Source: Eledone cirrhosa (Eukaryota). Taken from it: a DNA stretch of 64,000 nt. The stretch lies in assembly GCA_964016885.1 (NCBI GenBank), contig OZ024741.1:6634001-6698000 (forward strand), given 5' to 3'. Of the stretch, positions 32,601-47,600 are shown in pieces (within the stretch, counting starts at the first letter, position 1; each line of letters opens with the position of its first letter). The translations under genes and the position numbers were made by a program. The notes under the pieces are model-generated. The model worked only from the letters and a program-made list of their open reading frames with translations, had not been told where the DNA came from and did not search any database.

Positions 32601-35600
32601 ATATGTATATATAGTGGTGAGGCTCCTAGCAGTTGTTAGTTGTATTTATTATATGTATATATAGATGTGAGGTTCCTTGCAGTTGTTAGTTGTATTTATT
32701 ATATGTATATATAGATGTGAGGTTCCTAGCAGTTGTTAGTTGTATTTATTATATGTATATATAGATGTGAGGTTCCTTGCAGTTGTTAGTTGTATTTATT
32801 ATATGTATATATAGTTGTGAGGTTCCTAGCAGTTGTTAGTTGTATTTATTATATGTATATATGGTTGTGAGCCTCCTAGCAGTTGTTAGTTGTATTATAT
32901 GTATATATAGTTGTGTGGTTCCTAGCAGTTGTTAGTTGTATTTATTATATGTATATATAGTTGTGAGGTTCCTAGCAGTTGTTAGTTGTATTTATTATAT
33001 GTATATATAGTTGTGAGGTTCCGAGCAGTTGCTAGTTGTATTTATTATATGTATATATAGTTGTGAGGTTCCTAGCAGTTGTTAGTTGTGTTTATTATAT
33101 GTATATATAGTTGTGAGATTCCTAGCAGTTGTTAGTTGTGTTTATTATATGTATATATAGTTGTGAGATTCCTAGCAGTTGTTAGTTGTATTTATTATAT
33201 GTATTTATAGTTGTGAGGCTCCTAGTAGTTGTTAGTTGTATTTATTATATGTATATATGGTTGTGAGACTCCTAGCAGTTGTTAGTTGTATTTATTATAT
33301 GTATTTATAGGTGTGAGGTTCCTAGCAGTTGTTAGTTGTATTTATTATATGTATATATAGTTGTGAGGTTCCTAGCAGTTGTTAGTTGTATTCATTTTAT
33401 GTATATATAGTTGTGAGGCTCCTAGCAGTTGTTAGTTGTATTTATTATATGTATTTATAGTTGTGAGGCTCCTAGCAGTTGTTAGTTGTATTTATTATAT
33501 ATATATATATATGGTTGTGAGGTTCCTAGCAGTTGTTAGTTGTATTTATGATACGTATATATAGTTGTTAGGTTCCTATCAGTTGTTAGTTGTATTTATT
33601 ATATGTATTTATAGTTGTGAGGTTCCTAGCAGATGTCAGTTGTATTTATTATATGTATATATAGTTGTGTGGTTCCTAGCAGTTGTTAGTTGTATTTATT
33701 ATATGTATTTATAATTGGGAGGTTCCTAGCAGTTGTTAGTTGTATTTATTATATGTATATATAGATGTGAGGTTCCTAGCAGTTGTTAGTTGTATTTATT
33801 ATATGTATATATAGATGTGAGGTTCCTTGCAGTTGTTAGTTGTATTTATTATATGTATATATAGATGTGAGGCTCCTAGCAGTTGTTAGTTGTATTTATT
33901 ATATGTATATATAGTTGTGAGGTTCCTAGCAGTTGTTAGTTGTATTTATTATATGTATATATAGATGTGAGGTTCCTTGCAGTTGTTAGTTGTATTTATT
34001 ATATGTATATATAGATGTGAGGTTCCTTGCAGTTGTTAGTTGTATTTATTATATGTATATATAGTTGTGAGGTTCCTAGCAGTTGTTAGTTGTATTTATT
34101 ATATGTATATATAGTTGTGAGGTTCCTAGCAGTTGTTAGTTGTATTTATTATATGTATTTATAGTTGTGAGGTTCCTGTCAGTTGTTAGTTGTATTTATT
34201 ATATGTATTTATAGTTGTGAGGTTCCTGTCAGTTGTTAGTTGTATTTATTATATGTATTTATAGTTGTGAGGTTCCTTTCAGTTGTTAGTTGTATTTATT
34301 ATATGTATATATAGTTGTGAGGTTCTTAGCAGTTGTTAGTTGTATTTATTATATGTATATATAGTTGTGAGGTTCTTAGCAGTTGTTAGTTGTATTTATT
34401 ATATGTATATATAGTTGTGAGCTTCCTAGCAGTTCTTAGTTGTATTTATTATATGTATATATAGTTGTGAGGTTCCTAGCAGTTGTTAGTTGTATTTATT
34501 ATATGTATTTATAGTTGTGTGGTTCCTAGCAGTTGTTAGTTGTATTTATTATATGTATTTATAGTTGTGAGGTTCCTAGCAGTTGTTAGTTGTATTTATT
34601 ATATGTATTTATAGGTGTGAGGTTCCTAGCAGTTGTTAGTTGTATTTATTATATGTATTTATAGGTGTGAGGTTCCTAGCAGTTGTTAGTTGTATTTATA
34701 TGTATATATAGTTGTGAGGCTCCTAGCAGTTGTTAGTTGTATTTATTATATGTATATATAGATGTGAGGTTCCTTGCAGTTGTTAGTTGTATTTATTATA
34801 TGTATTTATAGTTGTGTGGTTCCTAGCAGTTGTTAATTGTATTTATTATATGTATTTATAGTTGTGTGGTTCCTAGCAGTTGTTAATTGTATTTATTATA
34901 TGTATATCTAGTTGTGAGGTTCCTAGCAGTTGTTAGTTGTATTTATTATATGTTCATATAGTTGTGAGGTTCCTAGCAGTTGTTAGTTGTATTTATTATA
35001 TGTTCATATAGTTGTGAGGTTCCTAGCAGTTGTTCGTTGTATTTATTATATGTTCATATAGTTGTGAGGTTCCTAGCAGTTGTTAGTTGTATTTATTATA
35101 TGTTCATATAGTTGTGAGGTTCCTAGCAGTTGTTAGTTGTATTTATTATATGTATTTATAGTTGTGAGGTTCCTAGCAGTTGTTAGTTGTATTATATGTA
35201 TATATAGTTGTGAGGTTCCTAGCAGTTGTTAGTTTTATTTATTATATGTATATATAGTTGTGAGGTTCCTAGCAGTTGTTAGTTGTATTTATTATATGTA
35301 TATATAGTTGTGAAGTTCCTAGCAGTTGTTAGTTGTATTTATTATATGTATATATAGTTGTGAGGTTCCTAGCAGTTGTTAGTTGTATTTATTATATGTA
35401 TATATAGTTGTGAGGTTCCTAGCAGTTGTTAGTTTTATTTATTATATGTATATATAGTTGTGAGGTTCCTAGCAGTTGTTAGTTGTATTTATTATATGTA
35501 TATATAGATGTGAGGTTCCTAGCAGTTGTTAGTTGTATTTATTATATGTATATATGGTTGTGAGCCTCCTAGCAGTTGTTAGTTGTATTATATGTATATA

Positions 35601-38600
35601 TAGTTGTGTGGTTCCTAGCAGTTGTTAGTTGTATTTATTATATGTATATATAGTTGTGAGGTTCCTAGCAGTTGTTAGTTGTATTTATTATATGTATATA
35701 TAGTTGTGAGGTTCCTAGCAGTTGTTAGTTTTATTTATTATATGTATATATAGTTGTGAGGTTCCTAGCAGTTGTTAGTTGTATTTATTATATGTATATA
35801 TAGTTGTGAGGTTCCTAGCAGTTGTTAGTTGTATTTATTACATGTATTTATAGTTGGGAGGTTCCTAGCAGTTGTTAGTTGTGTTTATTATATGTATATA
35901 TAGTTGTGAGGTTCCTAGCAGTTTTTAGTTGTATTTATCATATGTATATATAGTTGTGAGGTTCCTAGCAGTTGTTAGTTGTATTATATGTATATATAGT
36001 GGTGAGGCTCCTAGCAGTTGTTAGTTGTATTTATTATATGTATATATAGATGTGAGGTTCCTTGCAGTTGTTAGTTGTATTTATTATATGTATATATAGA
36101 TGTGAGGTTCCTAGCAGTTGTTAGTTGTATTTATTATATGTATATATAGATGTGAGGTTCCTTGCAGTTGTTAGTTGTATTTATTATATGTATATATAGT
36201 TGTGAGGTTCCTAGCAGTTGTTAGTTGTATTTATTATATGTATATATAGTTGTGAGGTTCCTAGCAGTTGTTCATTGTATTTATTATATGTATTTATAGT
36301 TGTGAGGTTCCTAGCAGTTGTTAGTTGTATTTATTATATGTATTTATAGTTGTGTGGTTCCTAGCTGTTTTTACTTGTATTTATTATGTATATATGGTTG
36401 TGAGGCTCCTAGCAGTTGTTAGTTGTATTTATTATATGTATATATAGTTGTGAAGTTCCTAGCTGTTGTTAGTTGTATTTATTATATGTATATATAGTTG
36501 GGAGGTTCCTAGCAGTTGTTAGTTTTATTTATTATATGTATATATAGTTGTGAGGTTCCTAGCAGTTGTTAGTTGTATTTATTATATGTATATATAGTTG
36601 TGAAGTTCCTAGCAGTTGTTAGTTGTATTTATTATATGTATATATAGTTGTGAGGTTCCTAGCAGTTGTTAGTTGTATTTATTATATGTATATATAGTTG
36701 TGAGGTTCCTAGCAGTTGTTAGTTTTATTTATTATATGTATATATAGTTGTGAGGTTCCTAGCAGTTGTTAGTTGTATTTATTATATGTATATATAGTTG
36801 TGAAGTTCCTAGCAGTTGTTAGTTGTATTTATTATATGTATATATAGTTGTGAGGTTCCTAGCAGTTGTTAGTTGTATTTATTATATGTATATATAGTTG
36901 TGAGGTTCCTAGCAGTTGTTAGTTTTATTTATTATATGTATATATAGTTGTGAGGTTCCTAGCAGTTGTTAGTTGTATTTATTATATGTATTTATAGTTG
37001 TGTGGTTCCTAGCTGTTTTTACTTGTATTTATTATGTATATATGGTTGTGAGGCTCCTAGCAGTTGTTAGTTGTATTTATTATATGTATATATAGTTGTG
37101 AAGTTCCTAGCTGTTGTTAGTTGTATTTATTATATGTATATATAGATGTGAGGTTCCTAGCAGTTGTTAGTTGTATTTATTATATGTATATATGGTTGTG
37201 AGCCTCCTAGCAGTTGTTAGTTGTATTATATGTATATATAGTTGTGTGGTTCCTAGCAGTTGTTAGTTGTATTTATTATATGTATATATAGTTGTGAGGT
37301 TCCTAGCAGTTGTTAGTTGTATTTATTATATGTATATATAGTTGTGAGGTTCCTAGCAGTTGTTAGTTTTATTTATTATATGTATATATAGTTGTGAGGT
37401 TCCTAGCAGTTGTTAGTTGTATTTATTATATGTATATATAGTTGTGAGGTTCCTAGCAGTTGTTAGTTGTATTTATTACATGTATTTATAGTTGGGAGGT
37501 TCCTAGCAGTTGTTAGTTGTGTTTATTATATGTATATATAGTTGTGAGGTTCCTAGCAGTTTTTAGTTGTATTTATCATATGTATATATAGTTGTGAGGT
37601 TCCTAGCAGTTGTTAGTTGTATTATATGTATATATAGTGGTGAGGCTCCTAGCAGTTGTTAGTTGTATTTATTATATGTATATATAGATGTGAGGTTCCT
37701 TGCAGTTGTTAGTTGTATTTATTATATGTATATATAGATGTGAGGTTCCTAGCAGTTGTTAGTTGTATTTATTATATGTATATATAGATGTGAGGTTCCT
37801 TGCAGTTGTTAGTTGTATTTATTATATGTATATATAGTTGTGAGGTTCCTAGCAGTTGTTAGTTGTATTTATTATATGTATATATAGTTGTGAGGTTCCT
37901 AGCAGTTGTTCATTGTATTTATTATATGTATTTATAGTTGTGTGGTTCCTAGCTGTTTTTACTTGTATTTATTATGTATATATGGTTGTGAGGCTCCTAG
38001 CAGTTGTTAGTTGTATTTATTTTATGTATATATAGTTGTGAAGTTCCTAGCTGTTGTTAGTTGTATTTATTATATGTATATATAGTTGGGAGGTTCCTAG
38101 CAGTTGTTAGTTTTATTTATTATATGTATATATAGTTGTGAGGTTCCTAGCAGTTGTTAGTTGTATTTATTATATGTATATATAGTTGTGAAGTTCCTAG
38201 CAGTTGTTAGTTGTATTTATTATATGTATATATAGTTGTGAGGTTCCTAGCAGTTGTTAGTTGTATTTATTATATGTATATATAGTTGGGAGGTTCCTAG
38301 CAGTTGTTAGTTTTATTTATTATATGTATATATAGTTGTGAGGTTCCTAGCAGTTGTTAGTTGTATTTATTATATGTATATATAGTTGTGAAGTTCCTAG
38401 CAGTTGTTAGTTGTATTTATTATATGTATATATAGTTGTGAGGTTCCTAGCAGTTGTTAGTTGTATTTATTATATGTATATATAGTTGTGAGGTTCCTAG
38501 CAGTTGTTAGTTTTATTTATTATATGTATATATAGTTGTGAGGTTCCTAGCAGTTGTTAGTTGTATTTATTATATGTATTTATAGTTGTGTGGTTCCTAG

Positions 38601-41600
38601 CTGTTTTTACTTGTATTTATTATGTATATATGGTTGTGAGGCTCCTAGCAGTTGTTAGTTGTATTTATTATATGTATATATAGTTGTGAAGTTCCTAGCT
38701 GTTCTTAGTTGTATTTATTATATGTATATATAGTTGGGAGGTTCCTAGCAGTTGTTAGTTTTATTTATTATATGTATATATAGTTGTGAGGTTCCTAGCA
38801 GTTGTTAGTTGTATTTATGATACGTATATATAGTTGTTAGGTTCCTATCAGTTGTTAGTTGTATTTATTATATGTATTTATAGTTGTGAGGTTCCTAGCA
38901 GATGTCAGTTGTATTTATTATATGTATATATAGTTGTGAGGTTCCTAGCAGTTGTTAGTTGTATTTATTATATGTATTTATAATTGGGAGGTTCCTAGCA
39001 GTTGTTAGTTGTGTTTATTATATGTATCTATAGTTGTGAGGTTCCTAGCAGTTGTTAGTTGTATTTATTATATGTATATATAGATGTGAGGTTCCTAGCA
39101 GTTGTTAGTTGTATTTATTATATGTATATATGGTTGTGAGCCTCCTAGCAGTTAGTTGTATTATATGTATATATAGTTGTGTGGTTCCTAGCAGTTGTTA
39201 GTTGTATTTATTATATGTATATATAGTTGTGAGGTTCCTAGCAGTTGTTAGTTGTATTTATTATATGTATATATAGTTGTGAGGTTCCTAGCAGTTGTTA
39301 GTTTTATTTATTATATGTATATATAGTTGTGAGGTTCCTAGCAGTTGTTAGTTGTATTTATTATATGTATATATAGTTGTGAGGTTCCTAGCAGTTGTTA
39401 GTTGTATTTATTACATGTATTTATAGTTGGGAGGTTCCTAGCAGTTGTTAGTTGTGTTTATTATATGTATATATAGTTGTGAGGTTCCTAGCAGTTTTTA
39501 GTTGTATTTATCATATGTATATATAGTTGTGAGGTTCCTAGCAGTTGTTAGTTGTATTATATGTATATATAGTGGTGAGGCTCCTAGCAGTTGTTAGTTG
39601 TATTTATTATATGTATATATAGATGTGAGGTTCCTTGCAGTTGTTAGTTGTATTTATTATATGTATATATAGATGTGAGGTTCCTAGCAGTTGTTAGTTG
39701 TATTTATTATATGTATATATAGATGTGAGGTTCCTTGCAGTTGTTAGTTGTATTTATTATATGTATATATAGTTGTGAGGTTCCTAGCAGTTGTTAGTTG
39801 TATTTATTATATGTATATATAGTTGTGAGGTTCCTAGCAGTTGTTCATTGTATTTATTATATGTATTTATAGTTGTGAGGTTCCTAGCAGTTGTTAGTTG
39901 TATTTATTATATGTATTTATAGTTGTGTGGTTCCTAGCTGTTTTTACTTGTATTTATTATGTATATATGGTTGTGAGGCTCCTAGCAGTTGTTAGTTGTA
40001 TTTATTATATGTATATATAGTTGTGAAGTTCCTAGCTGTTGTTAGTTGTATTTATTATATGTATATATAGTTGGGAGGTTCCTAGCAGTTGTTAGTTTTA
40101 TTTATTATATGTATATATAGTTGTGAGGTTCCTAGCAGTTGTTAGTTGTATTTATTATATGTATATATAGTTGTGAAGTTCCTAGCAGTTGTTAGTTGTA
40201 TTTATTATATGTATATATAGTTGTGAGGTTCCTAGCAGTTGTTAGTTGTATTTATTATATGTATATATAGTTGTGAGGTTCCTAGCAGTTGTTAGTTTTA
40301 TTTATTATATGTATATATAGTTGTGAGGTTCCTAGCAGTTGTTAGTTGTATTTATTATATGTATATATAGTTGTGAAGTTCCTAGCAGTTGTTAGTTGTA
40401 TTTATTATATGTATATATAGTTGTGAGGTTCCTAGCAGTTGTTAGTTGTATTTATTATATGTATATATAGTTGTGAGGTTCCTAGCAGTTGTTAGTTTTA
40501 TTTATCATATGTATATATAGTTGTGAGGTTCCTAGCAGTTGTTAGTTGTATTTATTATATGTATTTATAGTTGTGTGGTTCCTAGCTGTTTTTACTTGTA
40601 TTTATTATGTATATATGGTTGTGAGGCTCCTAGCAGTTGTTAGTTGTATTTATTATATGTATATATAGTTGTGAAGTTCCTAGCTGTTGTTAGTTGTATT
40701 TATTATATGTATATATAGTTGGGAGGTTCCTAGCAGTTGTTAGTTTTATTTATTATATGTATATATAGTTGTGAGGTTCCTAGCAGTTGTTAGTTGTATT
40801 TATTATATGTATATATAGTTGTGAAGTTCCTAGCAGTTGTTAGTTGTATTTATTATATGTATATATAGTTGTGAGGTTCCTAGCAGTTGTTAGTTGTATT
40901 TATTATATGTATATATAGTTGTGTGGTTCCTAGCTGTTTTTACTTGTATTTATTATGTATATATGGTTGTGAGGCTCCTAGCAGTTGTTAGTTGTATTTA
41001 TTATATGTATATATAGTTGTGAAGTTCCTAGCTGTTGTTAGTTGTATTTATTATATGTATATATAGATGTGAGGTTCCTAGCAGTTGTTAGTTGTATTTA
41101 TTATATGTATATATGGTTGTGAGCCTCCTAGCAGTTGTTAGTTGTATTATATGTATATATAGTTGTGTGGTTCCTAGCAGTTGTTAGTTGTATTTATTAT
41201 ATGTATATATAGTTGTGAGGTTCCTAGCAGTTGTTAGTTGTATTTATTATATGTATATATAGTTGTGAGGTTCCTAGCAGTTGTTAGTTTTATTTATTAT
41301 ATGTATATATAGTTGTGAGGTTCCTAGCAGTTGTTAGTTGTATTTATTATATGTATATATAGTTGTGAGGTTCCTAGCAGTTGTTAGTTGTATTTATTAC
41401 ATGTATTTATAGTTGGGAGGTTCCTAGCAGTTGTTAGTTGTGTTTATTATATGTATATATAGTTGTGAGGTTCCTAGCAGTTTTTAGTTGTATTTATCAT
41501 ATGTATATATAGTTGTGAGGTTCCTAGCAGTTGTTAGTTGTATTATATGTATATATAGTGGTGAGGCTCCTAGCAGTTGTTAGTTGTATTTATTATATGT

Positions 41601-44600
41601 ATATATAGATGTGAGGTTCCTTGCAGTTGTTAGTTGTATTTATTATATGTATATATAGATGTGAGGTTCCTAGCAGTTGTTAGTTGTATTTATTATATGT
41701 ATATATAGATGTGAGGTTCCTTGCAGTTGTTAGTTGTATTTATTATATGTATATATAGTTGTGAGGTTCCTAGCAGTTGTTAGTTGTATTTATTATATGT
41801 ATATATAGTTGTGAGGTTCCTAGCAGTTGTTCATTGTATTTATTATATGTATTTATAGTTGTGTGGTTCCTAGCTGTTTTTACTTGTATTTATTATGTAT
41901 ATATGGTTGTGAGGCTCCTAGCAGTTGTTAGTTGTATTTATTTTATGTATATATAGTTGTGAAGTTCCTAGCTGTTGTTAGTTGTATTTATTATATGTAT
42001 ATATAGTTGGGAGGTTCCTAGCAGTTGTTAGTTTTATTTATTATATGTATATATAGTTGTGAGGTTCCTAGCAGTTGTTAGTTGTATTTATTATATGTAT
42101 ATATAGTTGTGAAGTTCCTAGCAGTTGTTAGTTGTATTTATTATATGTATATATAGTTGTGAGGTTCCTAGCAGTTGTTAGTTGTATTTATTATATGTAT
42201 ATATAGTTGGGAGGTTCCTAGCAGTTGTTAGTTTTATTTATTATATGTATATATAGTTGTGAGGTTCCTAGCAGTTGTTAGTTGTATTTATTATATGTAT
42301 ATATAGTTGTGAAGTTCCTAGCAGTTGTTAGTTGTATTTATTATATGTATATATAGTTGTGAGGTTCCTAGCAGTTGTTAGTTGTATTTATTATATGTAT
42401 ATATAGTTGTGAGGTTCCTAGCAGTTGTTAGTTTTATTTATTATATGTATATATAGTTGTGAGGTTCCTAGCAGTTGTTAGTTGTATTTATTATATGTAT
42501 TTATAGTTGTGTGGTTCCTAGCTGTTTTTACTTGTATTTATTATGTATATATGGTTGTGAGGCTCCTAGCAGTTGTTAGTTGTATTTATTATATGTATAT
42601 ATAGATGTGAGGCTCCTAGCAGTTGTTAGTTGTATTTATTATATGTATATATAGTTGTGAGGTTCCTAGCAGTTGTTAGTTGTATTTATTATATGTATAT
42701 ATAGATGTGAGGTTCCTTGCAGTTGTTAGTTGTATTTATTATATGTATATATAGATGTGAGGTTCCTTGCAGTTGTTAGTTGTATTTATTATATGTATAT
42801 ATAGTTGTGAGGTTCCTAGCAGTTGTTAGTTGTATTTATTATATGTATATATAGTTGTGAGGTTCCTAGCAGTTGTTAGTTGTATTTATTATATGTATTT
42901 ATAGTTGTGAGGTTCCTGTCAGTTGTTAGTTGTATTTATTATATGTATTTATAGTTGTGAGGTTCCTGTCAGTTGTTAGTTGTATTTATTATATGTATTT
43001 ATAGTTGTGAGGTTCCTTTCAGTTGTTAGTTGTATTTATTATATGTATATATAGTTGTGAGGTTCTTAGCAGTTGTTAGTTGTATTTATTATATGTATAT
43101 ATAGTTGTGAGGTTCTTAGCAGTTGTTAGTCGTATTTATTATATGTATATATAGTTGGGAGGTTCCTAGCAGTTGTTAGTTTTATTTATTATATGTATAT
43201 ATAGTTGTGAGGTTCCTAGCAGTTGTTAGTTGTATTTATTATATGTATATATAGTTGTGAAGTTCCTAGCAGTTGTTAGTTGTATTTATTATATGAATAT
43301 ATAGTTGTGAGGTTCCTAGCAGTTGTTAGTTGTATTTATTATATGTATATATAGTTGTGAGGTTCCTAGCAGTTGTTAGTTTTATTTATTATATGTATAT
43401 ATAGTTGTGAGGTTCCTAGCAGTTGTTAGTTGTATTTATTATATGTATTTATAGTTGTGTGGTTCCTAGCTGTTTTTACTTGTATTTATTATGTATATAT
43501 GGTTGTGAGGCTCCTAGCAGTTGTTAGTTGTATTTATTATATGTATATATAGTTGTGAAGTTCCTAGCTGTTCTTAGTTGTATTTATTATATGTATATAT
43601 AGTTGGGAGGTTCCTAGCAGTTGTTAGTTTTATTTATTATATGTATATATAGTTGTGAGGTTCCTAGCAGTTGTTAGTTGTATTTATGATACGTATATAT
43701 AGTTGTTAGGTTCCTATCAGTTGTTAGTTGTATTTATTATATGTATTTATAGTTGTGAGGTTCCTAGCAGATGTCAGTTGTATTTATTATATGTATATAT
43801 AGTTGTGAGGTTCCTAGCAGTTGTTAGTTGTATTTATTATATGTATTTATAATTGGGAGGTTCCTAGCAGTTGTTAGTTGTGTTTATTATATGTATCTAT
43901 AGTTGTGAGGTTCCTAGCAGTTGTTAGTTGTATTTATTATATGTATATATAGATGTGAGGTTCCTAGCAGTTGTTAGTTGTATTTATTATATGTATATAT
44001 GGTTGTGAGCCTCCTAGCAGTTAGTTGTATTATATGTATATATAGTTGTGTGGTTCCTAGCAGTTGTTAGTTGTATTTATTATATGTATATATAGTTGTG
44101 AGGTTCCTAGCAGTTGTTAGTTGTATTTATTATATGTATATATAGTTGTGAGGTTCCTAGCAGTTGTTAGTTTTATTTATTATATGTATATATAGTTGTG
44201 AGGTTCCTAGCAGTTGTTAGTTGTATTTATTATATGTATATATAGTTGTGAGGTTCCTAGCAGTTGTTAGTTGTATTTATTACATGTATTTATAGTTGGG
44301 AGGTTCCTAGCAGTTGTTAGTTGTGTTTATTATATGTATATATAGTTGTGAGGTTCCTAGCAGTTTTTAGTTGTATTTATCATATGTATATATAGTTGTG
44401 AGGTTCCTAGCAGTTGTTAGTTGTATTATATGTATATATAGTGGTGAGGCTCCTAGCAGTTGTTAGTTGTATTTATTATATGTATATATAGATGTGAGGT
44501 TCCTTGCAGTTGTTAGTTGTATTTATTATATGTATATATAGATGTGAGGTTCCTAGCAGTTGTTAGTTGTATTTATTATATGTATATATAGATGTGAGGT

Positions 44601-47600
44601 TCCTTGCAGTTGTTAGTTGTATTTATTATATGTATATATAGTTGTGAGGTTCCTAGCAGTTGTTAGTTGTATTTATTATATGTATATATGGTTGTGAGCC
44701 TCCTAGCAGTTGTTAGTTGTATTATATGTATATATAGTTGTGTGGTTCCTAGCAGTTGTTAGTTGTATTTATTATATGTATATATAGTTGTGAGGTTCCT
44801 AGCAGTTGTTAGTTGTATTTATTATATGTATATATAGTTGTGAGGTTCCGAGCAGTTGCTAGTTGTATTTATTATATGTATATATAGTTGTGAGGTTCCT
44901 AGCAGTTGTTAGTTGTGTTTATTATATGTATATATAGTTGTGAGATTCCTAGCAGTTGTTAGTTGTGTTTATTATATGTATATATAGTTGTGAGATTCCT
45001 AGCAGTTGTTAGTTGTATTTATTATATGTATTTATAGTTGTGAGGCTCCTAGTAGTTGTTAGTTGTATTTATTATATGTATATATGGTTGTGAGACTCCT
45101 AGCAGTTGTTAGTTGTATTTATTATATGTATTTATAGGTGTGAGGTTCCTAGCAGTTGTTAGTTGTATTTATTATATGTATATATAGTTGTGAGGTTCCT
45201 AGCAGTTGTTAGTTGTATTCATTTTATGTATATATAGTTGTGAGGCTCCTAGCAGTTGTTAGTTGTATTTATTATATGTATTTATAGTTGTGAGGCTCCT
45301 AGCAGTTGTTAGTTGTATTTATTATATATATATATATATGGTTGTGAGGTTCCTAGCAGTTGTTAGTTGTATTTATGATACGTATATATAGTTGTTAGGT
45401 TCCTATCAGTTGTTAGTTGTATTTATTATATGTATTTATAGTTGTGAGGTTCCTAGCAGATGTCAGTTGTATTTATTATATGTATATATAGTTGTGTGGT
45501 TCCTAGCAGTTGTTAGTTGTATTTATTATATGTATTTATAATTGGGAGGTTCCTAGCAGTTGTTAGTTGTATTTATTATATGTATATATAGATGTGAGGT
45601 TCCTAGCAGTTGTTAGTTGTATTTATTATATGTATATATAGATGTGAGGTTCCTTGCAGTTGTTAGTTGTATTTATTATATGTATATATAGATGTGAGGC
45701 TCCTAGCAGTTGTTAGTTGTATTTATTATATGTATATATAGTTGTGAGGTTCCTAGCAGTTGTTAGTTGTATTTATTATATGTATATATAGATGTGAGGT
45801 TCCTTGCAGTTGTTAGTTGTATTTATTATATGTATATATAGATGTGAGGTTCCTTGCAGTTGTTAGTTGTATTTATTATATGTATATATAGTTGTGAGGT
45901 TCCTAGCAGTTGTTAGTTGTATTTATTATATGTATATATAGTTGTGAGGTTCCTAGCAGTTGTTAGTTGTATTTATTATATGTATTTATAGTTGTGAGGT
46001 TCCTGTCAGTTGTTAGTTGTATTTATTATATGTATTTATAGTTGTGAGGTTCCTGTCAGTTGTTAGTTGTATTTATTATATGTATTTATAGTTGTGAGGT
46101 TCCTTTCAGTTGTTAGTTGTATTTATTATATGTATATATAGTTGTGAGGTTCTTAGCAGTTGTTAGTTGTATTTATTATATGTATATATAGTTGTGAGGT
46201 TCTTAGCAGTTGTTAGTTGTATTTATTATATGTATATATAGTTGTGAGCTTCCTAGCAGTTCTTAGTTGTATTTATTATATGTATATATAGTTGTGAGGT
46301 TCCTAGCAGTTGTTAGTTGTATTTATTATATGTATTTATAGTTGTGTGGTTCCTAGCAGTTGTTAGTTGTATTTATTATATGTATTTATAGTTGTGAGGT
46401 TCCTAGCAGTTGTTAGTTGTATTTATTATATGTATTTATAGGTGTGAGGTTCCTAGCAGTTGTTAGTTGTATTTATTATATGTATTTATAGGTGTGAGGT
46501 TCCTAGCAGTTGTTAGTTGTATTTATATGTATATATAGTTGTGAGGCTCCTAGCAGTTGTTAGTTGTATTTATTATATGTATATATAGATGTGAGGTTCC
46601 TTGCAGTTGTTAGTTGTATTTATTATATGTATTTATAGTTGTGTGGTTCCTAGCAGTTGTTAATTGTATTTATTATATGTATTTATAGTTGTGTGGTTCC
46701 TAGCAGTTGTTAATTGTATTTATTATATGTATATCTAGTTGTGAGGTTCCTAGCAGTTGTTAGTTGTATTTATTATATGTTCATATAGTTGTGAGGTTCC
46801 TAGCAGTTGTTAGTTGTATTTATTATATGTTCATATAGTTGTGAGGTTCCTAGCAGTTGTTCGTTGTATTTATTATATGTTCATATAGTTGTGAGGTTCC
46901 TAGCAGTTGTTAGTTGTATTTATTATATGTTCATATAGTTGTGAGGTTCCTAGCAGTTGTTAGTTGTATTTATTATATGTATTTATAGTTGTGAGGTTCC
47001 TAGCAGTTGTTAGTTGTATTATATGTATATATAGTTGTGAGGTTCCTAGCAGTTGTTAGTTGTATTATATGTATATATAGTTGTGAGGTTCCTAGCAGTT
47101 GTTAGTTTTATTTATTATATGTATATATAGTTGTGAGGTTCCTAGCAGTTGTTAGTTGTATTTATTATATGTATATATAGTTGTGAAGTTCCTAGCAGTT
47201 GTTAGTTGTATTTATTATATGTATATATAGTTGTGAGGTTCCTAGCAGTTGTTAGTTGTATTTATTATATGTATATATAGTTGTGAGGTTCCTAGCAGTT
47301 GTTAGTTTTATTTATTATATGTATATATAGTTGTGAGGTTCCTAGCAGTTGTTAGTTGTATTTATTATATGTATATATAGATGTGAGGTTCCTAGCAGTT
47401 GTTAGTTGTATTTATTATATGTATATATGGTTGTGAGCCTCCTAGCAGTTGTTAGTTGTATTATATGTATATATAGTTGTGTGGTTCCTAGCAGTTGTTA
47501 GTTGTATTTATTATATGTATATATAGATGTGAGGCTCCTAGCAGTTGTTAGTTGTATTTATTATATGTATATATAGTTGTGAGGTTCCTAGCAGTTGTTA